64,000 nt of DNA from the human T2T-CHM13v2.0 reference genome, Homo sapiens (GCF_009914755.1 NC_060926.1); one strand, 5' to 3'. Positions 39,471 to 52,553 are shown, numbered from the stretch's first letter. A program made the numbers and translations. The notes: generated by a model from the sequence alone, not told the origin.

Positions 39471-42400
39471 TCCCAAATATGACAAAGAGGTCTGGATTAA
39501 TAACACAATAATCATAGAAATGTATATTTATCTGGCAAATTGACACTTTTTCAAAGCAATATTAATTCCTTTATCTCATTCAAACCTCACAAATCTGTTA
39601 GACAGATAGGTCTATCATTTTCTCTTTTCTTGAAAATGAGAAAACAGAAGTTGTTCTGTGACTTTCCTAGATTATATCCCTGAAGGTCTGAGGAACAGGA
39701 CAAAAAAAAAACAAAAACTAGGCATTTTTACTCATAAACACTAATAGTTCATGCTTGTAATTATAAAATTGTCCAATTTTAAATTTTATTAAGGGTTTAT
39801 CACTTTGAAATCCAGAGTAATGTACTTTTAAATGAACCTTTAAAATAAAAATGTTTTAAATTTTTTTTTAATCTTAGCCAAAACCCATAAGACAAAATGT
39901 TTCCAACATCTTATGCTTTCACCTGTTCATAATAGTGCCCTTTATTTAAAGTTTCCCCAAACCAAAATGTAGAAAATAAAGTTCCTTCTGAGTCTGTGAT
40001 GCCATGTAGTTCTACAATGCCACAAGAGCAACAGCAAAAATACTCTTCTAAAATGGTTTCTGGATAGTACTAAAGGTTAACCCACGTAATAAAACAATGA
40101 TGTTATTGCCAACTAATTGTATTTCCTGTGTTTTCAGTGAGCTGAACTAATGAACTGATGGATATTGAAACTTAGGTGTTTTATGGCTAAATTATAACCA
40201 TAATTTCTAAAACGTGTAATATTTTTTCAATATAGCAGCAACACCTGCTGCTAAATACGAAAATGATTAGCCACAAACTAACCTACTATAAAATATCAAA
40301 ATGCATTTGCCCAATGAAGAACTAATGGGAATTATGCAGATTACATTTCCTTCCCTGCTGAAGGCAACCGAGCTTCATCTCATAGCAAAATGAAAATATA
40401 ACTCAAATACAAAACAATATATACACAGAGACATAACCAAATACGTTTCTGATTATTTTTAGACAGGTTTCCTTTTCATGTAATTATTTGGCAACAAAGA
40501 GCTAAAATAAAGGTTAGAGCATTTGGTGGGTACCTGAATAGCTCTGTGTTAACCAACTAGGAATATTATTCAGATACCTCATACCAAAACACTCATTCAG
40601 AATTATAATGTAGATGTGCATGCTAACAGAAACCAATTTCTTACAATACCTTATCATAATTAGATTTATTCTGTAACTTTTCTTAAAGCACTCACTATTC
40701 TGCTGATAGCAAAGAATTGGACAGTAAGAAACTTGTGCAATTGGCTGATTGACTTTGGGAATTAGAATGAATTATCTAAGTTTTCTCTTTCTGTAGTACT
40801 AAATACTAAATAAAAATCGACTTTAAAATTATTTCCATAGAATTTGTATTGTTGAACAACTCATGATAAAGGTAACTGCTTTTTGTAGCTGTGTGTGTAA
40901 ACATAGGATGCTTTCTTCTGTAGACAACTTTATTCAAATGAAGAATGCAGAGATGGTGTATCATCATCCTTTTATAGATGAGCGTCACTGAATTATATAT
41001 AATAAAATATCTTTTTGCACTCTGAGCAACTGGCAAAGAGAAACAGAAGCATCCTTTAAAAGTGAAGATTTTTAGCATATATTTAAATTTAGTTATTTAG
41101 ATGTGTGTTTCTATTGCTGAAGCTTCAGGACATATTTGCAAATTTTAAAACTACCACCTAATCATTTTGCTGAAAAACAGCAATAGTTAGACATTGCACA
41201 AATCATAAAGTGCTTTGCACAAACTCTGGAAACTGTCTTGTCTACAGAAACTTTCCTTAAGCAACAGCAGGGATAAACAGATGGGCCATACCATGTTTTA
41301 AAATGCCTATAGCTTTAGATTCTGTTAGAAAAGCTGGCAAAATTATATCCAGGAAAAAAACTGATAAAATTTAATTTCATTGAATGTCATTATGATTATT
41401 TGTGCAATAGTAGAAAGGAAATCTTAACTGATCTCCATCCATAAGTATAAAAGAATTGTCAGATCAAAGCAGTTTGCAGAGCATACCACTCTTCACATTG
41501 TAAATGATCAAATGAATACATTGAACAGTGTTGCTTTTAGAATTAGAAAGATAGAGGACATAAAAGATAATACAGCAATGCCTTCTGAAAGTGACAAATA
41601 ATTGTGTTCATTCCCCAGTAGTTGTTTATTGTAATGCCATTCTCTAAACTATAGTAATTGTTTAGAGTAATTTTTTGTTTGTTTTTGGATACTAACATTC
41701 TCCACATTTTCTGCACAAATTTTCCTGACTGATCTTACATACAAAGGAGTTTAGAAATCTAAGAACTAACCAAGTATCAGTCAGCAATCTTGAAATTTAC
41801 AGTTGATTAATAAGCCTAAAAATGTACTATGAAGTCCAAATGAGTCTCACTAAACACTAAAATAATTCATTTGATTTTGGACCGTTCATTCCAGTAACAG
41901 GAAGTTTTACACTTATTGTTCATGGTAACTTTGATCATTTAAATACATTCTTAATAATAAAGGCTACTTTTAACTAGTTTCTAGAAAACCAACATATTGA
42001 ATAGCAGTTGCTGTATCAGTTTATTAGCCTTCAATTTAAACTCTTAAGTAAAAAGTGTTCTTTGGTTAAGCCAAATCACTGAGGACAATTCAGCCAGATG
42101 GCCATGGTGCCGATTCAGAAAATATTAAACTGCTTACTGGAATGAGTCAACTGCAGGACTGATTGATTTAGTCACATATTCAAAACTTTTGCTTCTTATC
42201 CCATTAAAAGTAGTACTAATGAGCAGCGGCTATGACCTTCCAGTGAGAAGCCACAAGTTCCACAACCCCTCGATATTTACCACCCAAATTTAATCTTTTT
42301 AATGGACACCTTAAAAGGGATCTGATAGAAAATACTAAGAGCTGCTCAGATACTAAAACACTTAGGGAGGCTTTTGATTAATGTTGCATGATTAATCAAT

Positions 42401-44041
42401 TGATTAATATAGTTTTCAATACAGATGTTAGGACACTGTCTACTTTAATCAACCATTCTGAAAATAGTGAAGATAAATGCCATACTTTTGTGTCTGCTAA
42501 GAAAAAAAAATCCTTTCTTTAAAGGTTTTTAATTATGACATAAGCCTTATTTACCACACGCAAATTTTATCTAATGTTGACATATTTATACATAGGAACC
42601 ATTAATGAGATAAGTGGGATCCTTTTGGCAAAGCCATATTTTAATCACTTTAAAAATAATTTATTTAGCCATTTTATGGACATTTCCCTTAATGAGAAAT
42701 TATTTTAGAATAATGCTGTAAAATGCATTAGAATCTTAAAGTTTTTATTATTATTTTCCAAGACCATTTGTAATTTGTGATAATGCTTTCCACCATACTA
42801 AAACTGAAATCTTTATTCCAGTCAAAAATAATCACCCTGTAATTACTGTGACAAACTGCCCAAGCTGTATCATCGTGGCCATTTCAACTAATGATATTGT
42901 ATTAGAATGCCTAGCAATAGACTTCAAATGGAAAATATAATTATGTGCATTAGTTTGTCTAAGCATTTATAAGATCACATATCCATCAGTTTTCAGGTCT
43001 CATAAAGAAAGCCATACATCACTGTCACTGTGAGTTTTGTTATTGAAAGCGCAGGCCTAACAAACTGAGCTTAAGATGTGTATCTTAAATTTCACTTGTT
43101 TTGTGGATCACCAAAATCCCTGTAAATCAAGCCAGCATAATTGAGAAGAGCTTTTCCTCTGGTGATGGAGGAACTCTGAGCACAGACCACTTGACACTCT
43201 GACTAAACAGAAGACTAGCCAGCCTGAGACAGCTTAATCTAGCTTTTCCACACCTCCTAAATCTGTGGGAGTCTGATTTGGCATAAAAGCCTATGGAATG
43301 GCTTTTGGGCAAGGTATCAAATTAAAGGTTTCATACTGTCGGCTCCACTGACCTGAGAGAAATTAGAAGGAAAAAACGTGCAAAAAAATGATGTACGTTT
43401 GAGTTGCGAATGGGAGGAAAGAGTTCTTTGAAAAACAAATATGCAATGAACTTGAATAAATTATACTTCAAATAAATGACAGCATTAGAATTAAAATTTG
43501 ACAATTATTTACTGGACTCTGCACACAACAAATCATAGAACCTTGGGAACGTTGCTCAGCTTTTTTGTCTCCCAGTGTTCTCATTTGTAAAATGAAGCCA
43601 CAGATGGATTTTTTTACCGTTTCTAGTTTTAGCTTACTCTAACAATGTGAATCAAAGTTGAATTTAAAAAATATTTGCTCTATCAGTTCAAACAAAAAAA
43701 TACATTAAAAAGCGAAACCTACTTTGGGATAACAAAAGAAAAATGTTTTAATTGGTTGCAAAAAATAACCTATCAACAGGTATAAAAGTTTCTCTTCTAC
43801 TAGGAATAATTACGTTACAAAATATTATACCCCCATGGACCCAAATTTGAATCTGTTAACTTCTCATGTTGTGTGTTCATTGTCTGTAGAAAGTGATAAT
43901 TTGTGTGTGATTTTCTCCTAAAATGTGTCACCTGTACATGATGCTGAAAATGTGTTAAAACATGTTCTGGCATCTTTAGATCAGTCTCTACTAGATCTGG
44001 AATGAGAAAATTCACTTCTCTATGATATAAACCTAGTAGAG

Positions 44042-44261
44042 GTGTGTTTCTAAAGAGCAGCACTACTGACATTTTGGGTTGGATCATTCTTTGTGGTGAG
44101 GTTATCTTGTATATTCCAGGATGTTTAGTGGCATCCTTGGTCTGTACCTATTAGGTCCTGGTAGAACTCACCCCCACTCCCAGGAGAGAAAACAAAAAAT
44201 GTCTCTAGATGTTGCCAAATGTCTCCTGGAGGGCAAAATCACCCCTTGTTGAGAATCACTT
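44042..44261 (-). mobile_element. MER20 DNA transposon
   Basis: 'aaaaaatgtctctagatgttgccaaatgtctcctggagggcaaaatcaccccttgttgagaatcact' is the reverse complement of the MER20 start. Confidence 0.88.
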
Positions 44262-46274
44262 TCTGACAGTATAAGCAACTAGTAAAAACATTGTTAGACC
44301 AAGAAAAAGTAGAATGCTCTGAAGTCATAAATACGTAGATTTTGAAATGATTCCGTGGTTATTTATTTATTTTATGTATCTATACCAAAGCATGTGAAAA
44401 AATTTAAGTAACACAAATATTTTTTGGCATTCATGTGTCTTTTTTCTATTGCTGAATCTGAAGATGCTTTCTAAGTCCTGCCTCTGAGAAAAAATTTGAC
44501 TAGGAATAATTCTTAACCCAATGTTAATCTAATTGGAAAGAAAAGGTCAAAGTCAAAAAAGCCGGGAAATTATTAGATAAGGTAAGATATTTTTCTATTC
44601 ATGAAAGGGCAGAGTTTGTTGTTGTTTTTTAATAGTCAATTGATTATCATGATTACTCAGCTCAACTAGTTAAGGTTCTCATGACCTCGTGGATGTCCAA
44701 GACAACAGCTTCCAGTTGTCATAACCATATATACATATATACCTATGTTTTACATCTTTTAAATTAATACATCATTTTCATAAGTCAGGAATAGTTATTC
44801 CTATTCTATAGATTAGAAAACTGAGGCTTAGAAATGTCAATACTACCATTAGGTGACAGAACTAATAGTCAAGTCTAGGTTTTCTAACGCAATGATTTGT
44901 GATCTTAACTCACTGTTCTCAGCTAGGATATTTTATTAAATTCTGCATTATTTTTTACAAAGTATAAATTATATCTATTCAGCAGATGAAAATGTTACTC
45001 AGTTCTGTTTGCCTCAGCTGTCTACAAGCCAAAAGCTGAGAAATAAATGACTTTATGATCCTATTTTCATATAATGCTCTCCCTTAACTCATAAGTAGGA
45101 AAAATTTTAAAAAAAAATCAAATCTTTTTTCCTCTTGAGGCCACTAATTCATCAGTTCATGGTGTATAGACATGATTCTAAACCATATAAAATATTGTAG
45201 CACTAAAGTCGTCAGTATTTAATCCCCCAAATTCCAGAATTTAATTCACCATTTCTATGAAGTATTCACCAGGGCCTTAATTTCTGACTTTCTGAGTTCT
45301 GGAAGGCTTGTAGGACATGCAGAATAAGATAGTCATCTTTAAACCCCATGTTGAAGACAGGTCTACCATTGTAGGAGCACATTCATTTTTCTCAGTAGGA
45401 AATATTACTATTCCTTTGAAAGTCTAATGCTATGCTAACATCAAGTAACATTCAGCAAAATTCTGCCTACATTGTGTTATTTCCATGTTTTGGCGCTATA
45501 TACATTTGTCTATGCTTTCAACTCAAAAGTTGAGCAATATTGCTTGCTGTATTTTGGTGCCAGCATAGATTTAAGCCATCCAAACAAGACTGCGTATTTG
45601 AACTGACAGAGAGTAAATGATTTGCATCTGGCATAACTGATGGTGGTGTCAAAACCTTGGAAGATAATTCATTGGTAAACATATTCCTCTGGATGCCTAG
45701 CCACACATGCCCAATTTCCTATCAAGGGATAGAGCCAGATCATTGCCAGAACAATGTGAAATATTTTATACAGATAATTCAAGAGATTATTTTGCTCTGA
45801 CAGAAAATGGGGGGTGGGGGACGGGAAATGTGGTAGTGTTCCTCATTGATGAGGCAAGATAATTTTTTAACCTTCATTGCAGAAATTAAATTTCATGCAA
45901 AAATGCCTTTATGACAACTATGGAGTTGATGAACTAGTAAAAATAATCACAAACAGCAAGCTTAAAAAAAAGTAATCTACAATTCCTTGTTGTAATTGAT
46001 AAAGAAAAAAAAAGTTTTCATCAGGCCATGACTAAAATGATGACAAAGAAGGAATACAGCATTAAGGCCTTAACACACGTGTGTGAACTACCCAGATCTC
46101 TTGAAAGAAATAGTCGTAACTAGATACTGTGCTAAATTCATAACAAATGTTCAATTCTAACAGTAGTTTTACACTAGTAGCCTTTTTGAGATACACAAGC
46201 TCAATGGAATAAAAATCTTTGAATCTTTCCATTCCTTTCCATTCTTAAGGAATTTATACATTACTTCAGATGTC

Positions 46275-46686
46275 TGTGTTAGTCTGTTCTTGCGTTGCCA
46301 TAAAGGGGTATCTGAGACTGGGTAATTTCTAAAGAGAAGAGATTTAATTGGCTCACAGTTCTGCAGGCTGTACAGGAAGCAGGGTGCTGGCATCTGCTTC
46401 TGGCGAGGCCTCAGGAAGCTCACAATCATGGCAGAAGACGACGGGAACCAGCATGTCTCATGGAGAGAGCAGGAGCAAGAGAGAGAGGAGGAGGTCCCTA
46501 ACTCTTAAACAACCAGATCTCATATGAACTAGCTGAGTGAGAGCTCATCACCATGAGGATGGTGCTAAACCATTCAAGAGGAATCCATCCCCAAGATCCA
46601 ATCACCTCCCACCAGGTCCCATCTCCAACACTGGAAATCACATTACAACATGAGATTTGGAAAGGACAAACATCCAAAGCACATCA
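46275..46686 (-). mobile_element. MSTA/MSTB solo LTR
   Basis: 'ggctcacagttctgcaggctgtacaggaagc...ggcatctgcttctggcgaggcctcaggaag'; TSD atgtc / atgac. Confidence 0.9.
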
Positions 46687-47283
46687 ATGACATATGCAAA
46701 TGGAATTCTGTCCAGGTGTTCATAGAATTGGGTTGAATTAAATAGTCTCTTGAAGAATGAATGCATGTCATATACAGGGAATAAACTTCAAGATAATTTA
46801 AATCAAATAAAACACTCTTGCTATTAAACTATATGCACCATAGTTTATTATCTCTCTGATCATTTAGTTGACCTTTCAAGATCTCGTGGCTCAATCAAAC
46901 ACAGCTATTGAGTACCTATTGTGTCATATACTCTGTGCAAAGTATTGGATCTGATAGAAAAATGACTGTGGCTTTTATCTCTGTCTAGCTCTTAGTCCAG
47001 GGAGGATATTTAAGAAATTCACTTTTAAAAATATCATGATGGTAGAACACACTATTCCAATAGATATGGGCACAGACTCTGCCTGGGTTATTTCAAAGGC
47101 TTCACTGTGAAGGGGATGGTGAAGATGGCCGTCACAGTCTGTATGTTTTTGTCCCCCAAAAATCTGTGTGCTGAAGCCTTAACTACCAGTTTGGCTTTAT
47201 TCAGAAATGGGAACTCTACAGAAGTAATTAAGGTAAAATAAGGCCTTGATCCAACAAGATTAGCGTCACTATGAGAAGAGATA

Positions 47284-47534
47284 GGCCGGGTGCGGTGGCT
47301 CATGCCTGTAATCCTAGCACTTTGGGAGGCCAAGGCGGGTGGATCACAAGGTCAGGAGATCCAGACCATCCTGGCTCACACGGTGAAACCCTGTCTCTAC
47401 TAAAAATACAAAAAAGTAGCCAGGTGTGGTGGCACGTGCTTGTAGTCCCAGCTATTCGGGAGGCTGAGGCAGGAGAATGGCGTGAACCCAGGAGGCGGAG
47501 CTTGTGACTGGGCAACAGAGCGAGACTCCTGTCT
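47284..47534 (+). mobile_element. AluY-like element with ~30-bp right-arm deletion
   Basis: 'gagaatggcgtgaaccc', 'gcggagcttg'; probable TSD aagagata / aagagaca. Confidence 0.92.
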
Positions 47535-47796
47535 GAAAGAAAGAAAGAAAAAGGAAGGGAAGGGAAGGGGAGGGTAGGGGAGGGGAGGGGAGAGGAAGAG
47601 AGGGGAGGGGGAGGAGGAGGGGAAGGGGAAGGGGAAGGGAAAGAAAGAAAGGAAGGAAGGAAGGAAGGAAGGAAGGAAGGAAGGAAGGAAGGAAGGAAGG
47701 AAAGGGAAGGAAGGAAGGAAGGAAAGGAAGGAAGGAAAAAGAAAGAAAAAGAAGAAAGAAAGAAAGAGAAAGAAAGAAAAAGAAGAAAGAAAGAGA
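47535..47796 (+). repeat. 262-nt polypurine tract including (GGAA)13 at 47651-47702
   Basis: Only one pyrimidine (T47575) in the whole tract. Confidence 0.97.
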
Positions 47797-48903
47797 CATC
47801 ATCACTGAGCGCACCCGCTCTCTCTCCCTCTATGTGTGCACACAAAAAAGAGGTTATGTGACCACACAGGGAGATGGTGACTGCCTGCAAGCAAGAGTAG
47901 AGCCTCAGAATAAAACCTACCCAGCTGGCATCTTCATCTAAGACTTCACAGCCTCCAGAATTGTCAAAAAATTCATTTCTCTTGTTCAAGCCATCTAGTC
48001 TGTTCATTTGTTATAGCAGCCACAGCAGACAAATACAATGATATTTCAGGTGCATTTTCAAAGACGAATCAAAGCTTTCTTACCAAGACAAAACACATGG
48101 GAACAGAAATAAGTAAATGGGGAGAAGGGGTAGATGGAGAGTAAAGAAGAGATCAAGAACAAGACAAGGGCAAGGAGCAGCCTGAGTAAAAGAGCCCATT
48201 GGAACAAAGCAGGACAGAAAACATATGCATGGTCAGAGGTAGAATGTGAGGAAATTAGCATGTGATTTATTGTTTCTTTTTCCTGTGTCAAGCCAATCTT
48301 CTGTTGTCAAGGGAGGTAGGGATAAATAGGTGGCTTAAAGTAAATTGTAAAGGTTTGAAATATTTGCTTTGGGGAATGAAGAAATGAACTAAGCACAAAT
48401 CAATGGTAATCCAACAGGATTATTAGAGTTAGGTTGGAAAGAGGTTTATAATGACTAATGAGTGTCTTTTGGTGGTGATAGTGATGGTGGGTGTTTTCCA
48501 TGTGCAACAAAAGTGGAGGAAGTAGATGATCGGATTTGCCAGGTCTGGCTGACTGGCAGGGCAGCTGTGGCAGAAGCAGGAGGTAAGGCTACTGTGGGTG
48601 GTGGAAAAGGTTGCCTGGCTAATCCGATGTCCCGGCTGCAATAAAGAAGAAAACGGAAGGGAAGAAAGCAATGAATCCTGTGAATGGGGCAAAGGTGTGA
48701 AAAGCTGAAAGAGAGGAAAAGGGGAAAATTTGGTTAGAGGATGAAGGAAAAAAATGATAGATTATATTTAATGGAATTAAGAGACAAGAAGTTTTAAATA
48801 TATTGGGAATGTATTTTAACTTGCTAAGCATAGCAGAGACTGGAGGAGCTCTTCACCACACCAGTTTCCTTTTCCCTCTGGATATCTGGATAAATCACCA
48901 CTC

Positions 48904-49503
48904 TGGAGGGAAGAAAAAGTAGTTTTCTCCTCCCCCATCACAAGGTTCATGGCCAAGGCCCCTATAAACAAAAGACAGATTAACAAGAGAAATGCATAGC
49001 AATTTTATTTAATCAAAGTTTTACATGGCATGGGAGCACTCATAAATGAAGGCCTAAAGATGCAGGGAAAACTGTATCTTTATGTTAAGTCCGATGAAAG
49101 AAGAGGATAATTGTGGAGAAGAAACATGTCTCAACAAAAAGGAATATGACCTAATGGTAATGAACTGGGGGAAACTCAGGAAGGCCTGTTTGTTTCGTCT
49201 TTTCTGTGTCTCAGGCTGATATTCCTCCCCATTTATGGGGCAAGACACTTGTCACATGAGGATCTTCATGGGAGAACGGAAAAGATCAGAGCGTGACCTT
49301 CCTAGCTTTTATGGCTTGCTTCGGTGGAGAGGAATTCTAGTTTCTAAGACCCACTTGGGGGAAGAAAATGGGACCGGAGAAGGCAAGGCTGGAGCAGGTC
49401 TATGAAACTGTCTTGTTTCTGAGGCCTTCCCAATCTTATTCAGCTCAAAATCGTCAGCATGTCAAAGTGTCATGCTTTCAGGTATCATATTCAGAGCCCA
49501 AAT
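48904..49503 (-). mobile_element. MER34-family (ERV1) solo LTR
   Basis: 'aaaagacagattaacaagagaaa', 'tcagcatgtcaaagtgtcatgctttcaggtatcatattcagagccc'. Confidence 0.75.
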
Positions 49504-49780
49504 AATTCCCATCTGGCTTATGAAGCATAAGAAGAATGGAAATAAGCCACGTTCAAGAATGGGCTGTAGTAACCTCCTGAATGTGATCCCCACTTATTTG
49601 ACCTTCTGTGGTGACCTTGGAAACCATGTGTTGAAGATGCAGAGCCACACGATGGAAGGAGAACCACAGCCACTTGCAAATCAAAATTACCTGCTTTGAC
49701 TATTGCCTTAATAATAGAGGGAGAAATATGACATATTTTAGGTATTTCAAGTGGATTATTTTCTGCCAATGTTATAAGAA
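49504..49780 (+). mobile_element. Old MLT1 (J/K-like) remnant; its 5' part may lie at ~48835-48903, interrupted by MER34
   Basis: 'gtgaccttggaaaccatgtgttgaagatgcagagccacacgatggaaggag'. Confidence 0.55.
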
Positions 49781-50055
49781 TACTTTTCAATTTCTATAAG
49801 ATAAATGCTAAGTAAGCTTATGACATGTATGCTCTCATAATGCCATGTGCACTCTCATAATGCCACCCAGCTAATCAGGGAACTGCTGCATGTTTTCATA
49901 TGAAATATTTTCGGGGTTCCAAAGAGAGTAACTGTAGTAATGACCATAAGCTGTTTAACCAAGTATAATGATTAAATATATAGGCAAATACTTTTACAGA
50001 TTTTTAACTCAAAATGCCCAAACATATCTTCTGAACACAATCCTTGCTCTCTAGG

Positions 50056-50457
50056 TGTCAGGCCTCTGAGCCCAAGCTACGCCATCATATCCCCTGTGAC
50101 CTGCACGTACACATCCAGGTGGCCGGTTCCTGCCTTAACTGATGACATTCCACCACAAAAGAAATGAAAATGGCCTGTTCCTGCCTTAACTGATGGCATT
50201 ATCTTGTGAAATTCCTTCTCCTGGCTCATCCTGGCTCAAAAGCTCCCCTACTGAGCACCTTGTGACGCCCACTCCTGCCTGCCAGAGAACAACCCCCCTT
50301 TTTCCTTTACCTACCCAAATCCTATAAAACGGCCCCACCCCATCTCCCTTTGCTGACTCTCTTTTCAGACTCAGCCCGCCTGCACCCAGGTGATTAAAAG
50401 CTTTTATTGTTCACACAAAGCCTGTTTGGTGGTCTCTTCACATGGACGCGCATGAAA
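50056..50457 (+). mobile_element. HERV-H LTR7 solo LTR (402 bp)
   Basis: 'tgtcaggcctctgagcccaagc...ggacgcgcatgaaa'; TATAAAA 50323-50329; ATTAAA ~50393; perfect 5-bp TSD ctagg (50051-50055 / 50458-50462). Confidence 0.97.
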
Positions 50458-51124
50458 CTAGGTATCTCTATAAAACAGGGTGGGAGCTGAGTTTTGAGGT
50501 AGAAGGGGGAGTTCAGAGAGGTAGAAACCCTGAGGAGAGACTTATGTACCTCAATTCCACTCCTAGCACCTTCTGAGTAGTTTCTCCTCCTCCTGCTTTC
50601 AACATGTCTTTGAGTGACACAAACAAAGCCACTGTTTTGGGGAGAAAAAAATGCAATAGTCTCACAACCATTCTTCCTTTTAGCCTCTTAAGTGGTTTTC
50701 TAAGAGTATTTTACAGCTTGTTCCTCCAGATAAAAGAAGAGAACATTTTTTAAAAGCAGCCTCTAAAGCCCTATCCTTTCTCTTTTCACTTGGAAGACAA
50801 AGAATGCATGTAAATGCTAATGAGAGCTTTTGCATAAACAGAGGAAGAAGCAGTGAAAGGCCTTGTTTCTTAATACCAGAAGTGGCAAAAATAAGTTTTT
50901 ACCTCGGCTTCTTCTTAACTTGCCAAACTCTAAAGCACTCTCCTCCCAGCCTCCCACATTCTTCTGAGAGCTCAGCCCTGAGGAAGGTGAGGGAAGGTAG
51001 AGCTTGGCAAACCAGTATCAATAAGACAGACCATTTGTGAGCTTTAAGGGAGGGTGAGAAATTCTGATGACTAGGCACTGTTTAACAAAGCAAGTACTGA
51101 AGACCTGGGGTGCTTTGAAAATAA

Positions 51125-51312
51125 CATGTTTTGGAGTCACTCAGACCTGAGTTAGACACCTTGTTCTATTGTTTAAGAGCTGTTTGCCTCAGATAAGCTA
51201 TTTCCTTTCCTGGAATCTTGTTTTTTCCTACCTAAACTGTGGGGCGGGGTGGGGGGGGGCAGGGGGAAGTATCAACATCACAGACTTGTTATGAAAATTA
51301 AAGATAACAGTT
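51125..51312 (+). mobile_element. MIR fragment, interrupted by the Alu at 51313
   Basis: 'ttggagtcactcagacctgagtt...gacttgttatgaaaattaaagataa'. Confidence 0.55.
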
Positions 51313-51720
<408 letters not shown>

Positions 51721-51824
51721 TCAGTCAAGAGATATTTGAGTACCCTACTATATGTGATATCAGCTTTGTAATATTAGCAGGGAAATGGTAGGGGAAATAA
51801 GGTGAGTGTATTAGGGAATTGGGG

Positions 51825-52553
51825 TTTGAACACAAAAGTATTTGAGACAGTTCTCAATCCAGAAAGTTTATTTTGCCAAAGCTAAGGATGCATTTGTGAC
51901 ATAGCCTCAGGAGGCCCTGATGACATGTGCCCAAGGTGGTTAGGGCACAGCTTGGTTTTAGACATTTTAGGAAGACATGAGCCATCAACCAATATGTGGG
52001 AGATGTACACCGGTTGTGTCTGGAAAGGCTTCCAAGTCACAGGTAGATAAGGAATGAACAGTTGCACTCTTTTGAGTCTTTGATCAGCCTCTCACTAAAT
52101 ATACAATTTACATGTGAAAGGGGGTAGAGAAATAGTCACTTATGCCTTAGTCTGACTCAGTGAATCTGCATTTTTACATAAACAATAAGACAGAGGAAGC
52201 AATCAGATATGCATTTGTCTCAGGTGAGCAGAGGAATGACTTCTGTCCTTCCCCGCCCCCACATCTGTGAAGATAAGCTATTAATTTACATTGCCCAAGG
52301 TGAAATTCAACAGAACTGTTTTAGGGTAAAAACCTTGAGACCAACAATGAATTCCCTTGTGGGTGAATTTTGAGAGGTATGTAGCTTTAAAAAAAAAAGA
52401 AAGAAAGAAAGAAAGAAAAGAAAAAAGAAAAAAATCTTTGTAGCTATCTTATTTAGTAATAAAATGGGAGGTAGTATACTGATGCAGTTCCAAGCTTGAC
52501 TTTTCCCTTTGGCTTAGTAATTTTGGGGTCCCAAGATTTATTCTCCTTTCACA
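51825..52553 (-). mobile_element. MER4-family (ERV1) solo LTR
   Basis: 'ggcttagtaattttggggtcccaagatttattctcctttcaca' is the reverse complement of the MER4 start; TSD gggg / gagg. Confidence 0.9.

Larger units (their letters stand above)
47130..48037 (+). mobile_element. MLT1A-type solo LTR split by an AluY and a purine tract
   Basis: 5' part 'tgtcccccaaaaatc...gtaattaaggtaaaat'; 3' part 'gacttcacagcctccagaattgt...ttgttatagcagcc...agacaaataca'. Confidence 0.8.

Noticed and set aside
40110-40181. Good-looking splice acceptor (ctaat...tttcctgtgttttcag) and possible 38-nt exon
   Set aside because: The next donor (ag|gtgttt) is weak and there is no coding signal; such sites are common by chance
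47300-48007. 235-aa and 120-aa minus-strand ORFs
   Set aside because: Translations of MLT1A, the pyrimidine strand of the purine tract and an antisense Alu; low-complexity F/L/P/S content
49832-49865. 14-bp tandem duplication ctctcataatgcca (similar ones near 9171, 13093 and 60007)
   Set aside because: Ordinary micro-duplications; two copies only, not an array
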